64,000 nt of DNA from Basidiobolus meristosporus CBS 931.73 (taxonomy: Eukaryota > Fungi > Basidiobolomycota): assembly GCA_002104905.1 (NCBI GenBank), contig MCFE01000181.1:62001-126000 (forward strand), written 5' to 3'. The translations under genes were made by a program, and so were the position numbers. Each line of letters begins with the position of its first letter. Position 1 is the stretch's first letter. Shown here piece by piece: positions 61,560 to 64,000 of this stretch. The notes beneath the pieces were generated by a model. That model was not told the DNA's origin. It ran no database searches and saw nothing but the letters and a program-made list of their open reading frames with translations.

Positions 61560-61743
61560 ATAAAGCAAGGAAAGCACTATTCTGAGCAACATAAGTAAGA
61601 TTGAGTAAAATTACCAGTAACTGTATCATACCACTGGCATCATGGTAGAAATTATAGTGCCAGATAGTGCCATAGAGTGCCAGATTGATCCGGCACTATA
61701 AACCGGCTGGCACTATGTGGCACTATCCAACGGAACAAGTCTA

Positions 61744-62372
61744 TTAACTTCTTATAGCTTTTGTTCTCATTGGGATTACTTCAGTAGCACTTGGTAGTGA
61801 CTCACTTTGCAAGACTTAACTACTTCCTTGTTGCCTATCCTCTTGGCTACCTGTATACTGGTAGTTCATATTTTGCCTCCTGGCTCATGAGGGCCATGCT
61901 GTAGCTTGACTGTGTCATATTTTTCCAGTGGATGTTACAGAACCAACCCAAAGTGCTACACACTAACATGTTGTTTTACTTGCCAAATGCTCCTGGGTTG
62001 GAGGTACTTCTAGTGGGTCTGTTTTGATGAGTACTGTGGAAGTAATTTACTGATGGTGAGATGTAAATGCACATGCAGGCATAACATGACATATTGGCAT
62101 GGCCCTTTGTTGAATCCAATGTAATGCAATGTGTAAACACTATTTGGCACACTCAACAGTACATATGTCAAATTGAGCAGTTTGACAGGTTCTGGTAGTT
62201 TTGCTCAGATATGTCTGCATTGACTCAATAGGTATCAAATCAGTGGTGGCACCCTTGTCAGGGATGTTGGTTTAAGTTGGACTGGCATGCACCAGCATGC
62301 TGGCATTGCAATGCTTGGTGAGGAATCTATAAAGACATGCTGGCACAATCTTGGCACAGTTGCCCATGGTAC
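61744..62372 (-). pseudogene. Older, CpG-eroded copy of the 3' half of the PHIS partner ORF
   Basis: Collinear with 59074-59700. GACGTGCGCCGGCGCGCTG has become GGCATGCACCAGCATGCTG; C-terminus reads VIPMRTKAIRS* versus VIPVRKKPRRR*. Confidence 0.85.
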
Positions 62373-62373
62373 C

Positions 62374-64000
62374 TTATAGCTTAACAATATTTGTTGGACT
62401 GCATAAGCTTCTTGAGATGGGATATTACTGGAATATATTTGGAGTGTGAATAATGTTTTCCCCCAATGGTAGTGGATTCCTGACAAGGTTGACACCTTGC
62501 AATGGTGGCATTTTCTGATATGCATGCCATGCAACTGTTAACACCTGCTGGTATCAGGATGGTCTCAGGGTCATATGTTGCCAGCCATATGATGGTTTTC
62601 CATTTATACCATGTACATGGTAAGCTGCTTCCCAGGATGATTTTGGCAAGAAGTAGTAGTAAGTCCTCTTAGCCCCCATAACTGATATTAGGGGAGATGC
62701 ACTACTTCTCTGGCCATAACATCACAGCATTCACCAGTATATAGATAACTGAGCTCACTTGATTCCATAAAGTATCCTTGGCATTTTTTTCCACTGGTAT
62801 TGTTGCACTATATAATGGGATTGTGCCAGGCTCATGCAAGGTACTGTTGTAAGGGAAGATAGGCTCACAACCCATCAATAAGCCTGCTTCTTCAGAGCTA
62901 TCACTCTGCATGCCATATTCCAAAGGTTAGGGTGAGCCTAAAGGTGTCACCAACTCCCCTGACTCAGTTTGCACAAGGTGACAAGTACAGCCAGATGCTG
63001 CTATAGGAGTATCAAGTGGCCAGCAAGATGTTGTTAGTACAGTAGTGACTGGCAAGTGGTCAGATATAATTTGTGTGGCAAAACACTGGCCTTGATCCTT
63101 ATAATAGAGCCTATGCTTTCTGCATGCCTGATTGCTGAGAGGCTTGCTACAATAGCTGCATGGTCTATTTTCTCTTCTCTTACAGCATCAAATCAAAGTA
63201 GACTTGTCCATAGGGCAAACAATTTGACACCCAATAACATAACACTATTCTATCACTTTTTTGTCAAAACTCATGTGAGTTTAAACAGTCTTGTATATCA
63301 GACATTGCACCTACATGAATTTAGCACTCAATGATGACCTATCATGGTAAGCATTATAAACAAAATTGTGGCACTGCATACATACATATATGTAAAGCAA
63401 TTTCCCATTTGGTTTGACTCACTTCCATATATATGCTGCAAAGAAATAAAGTAAGGTTGTCTGGTTCCTAACCAAACCCTGCAGCTGACAGCAGAAGAAT
63501 GGTTGAACAGCTTGCTTTGACATTCTCTGCAACATGTGAGGCTACAACCAAAAAAGGCCCTGTGAACATTGTGCCCACCAGAGGGAATAATGCAGGCTCC
63601 TCAGGCTCCCAGTCAAGTAGGCAATTGGAAATCTCTATTGAGCTGCAAGCTGACCATATTGCCAAGGCATATGAGAATGTAGCAAAAGCAGTACCTTCAG
63701 TTGAAAACCAGCAAGTGGCCATCATAACATTGCCACCACCCATATTAGCAAGTCTATTGCCAGCTCATACCAATGCATTAATGAGGCAATTAGGTGCAGT
63801 GGCTGATAGGATAGATGCAATGGCCCACAAAAATCAGGAAATAGTCTAGAAATAAGATGAGCAGATAAATGGAGTAGAGCAATCAATATCCCAGGTTGAG
63901 AAAGCAGTATCTTTGCTGCAAAGAAGGAACTCAAGTAGCTCAACAACATAGCCAAGAGTTGAGCCATTGCCCAATGTAACAGCAGAGGAACACTGTATAG
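62374..64000. mobile_element. CMC/EnSpm transposon copy 7 (partial; runs off the window)
   Basis: Tnp2 5' part on the minus strand from 63211, the conserved intergenic region, and ORF-B on the plus strand from 63433. Confidence 0.8.

Larger units (their letters stand above)
58331..61742. mobile_element. Young PHIS-superfamily (PIF/Harbinger-ISL2EU-like) DNA transposon, 3412 bp, with two divergent ORFs
   Basis: TIR AGACTTGTTCC (11 bp perfect, ~25 bp imperfect ending GTGCCA). ATT on both flanks (58328-58330 and 61743-61745). Both ORFs are open. Confidence 0.9.

Noticed and set aside
63199-63215. CATAGGG (CMC terminus-like) overlapping TAGACTTGTCC (PHIS TIR-like)
   Set aside because: This is the transposase start-codon region. 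Sister copies read AGTAGTCTTGTCCATGGGGC and the sequence is collinear on both sides, so both matches are chance point mutations.
11250-64000. RIP as the cause of repeat decay
   Set aside because: The loss seen is specific to CG. CA and TG remain abundant, several stops arise by transversion, and young multicopy elements keep long ORFs. This fits methyl-CpG deamination. A formal RIP index was not computed.

Overview
Eukaryotic, intron-containing DNA, most consistent with a fungus (probably early-diverging; this is an inference). I saw no rRNA, tRNA or CRISPR features. Bases 1-~11,250 are CpG-rich host gene space. They hold an ankyrin-repeat gene, an alpha-arrestin gene, an Hrq1/RecQ4-like helicase gene and an unresolved stretch at 2.4-5.5 kb. 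From ~11,250 to the end is an almost CpG-free nest of transposons. (i) At least 8 copies or fragments of one EnSpm/CACTA-type (CMC) DNA transposon family, with CCCTATG termini, apparent 4(-5)-bp target duplications, a Tnp2 transposase and a divergent ~690-aa ORF of unknown function; copies repeatedly insert into each other. (ii) Three copies of one Ty3/gypsy family, two of them nested in the third. (iii) Ty1/copia elements and solo LTRs, including a two-LTR copia that lacks RT/RNase H. (iv) A young PHIS-superfamily (PIF/Harbinger-ISL2EU-like) element with two intact divergent ORFs and ATT TSDs. Its transposase ORF is essentially CpG-free while its ends and partner ORF are CpG-dense. A MITE derivative and an older CpG-eroded copy of its partner gene are also present. 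Coordinates were read by eye and may be off by a few bases. No database searches were run.
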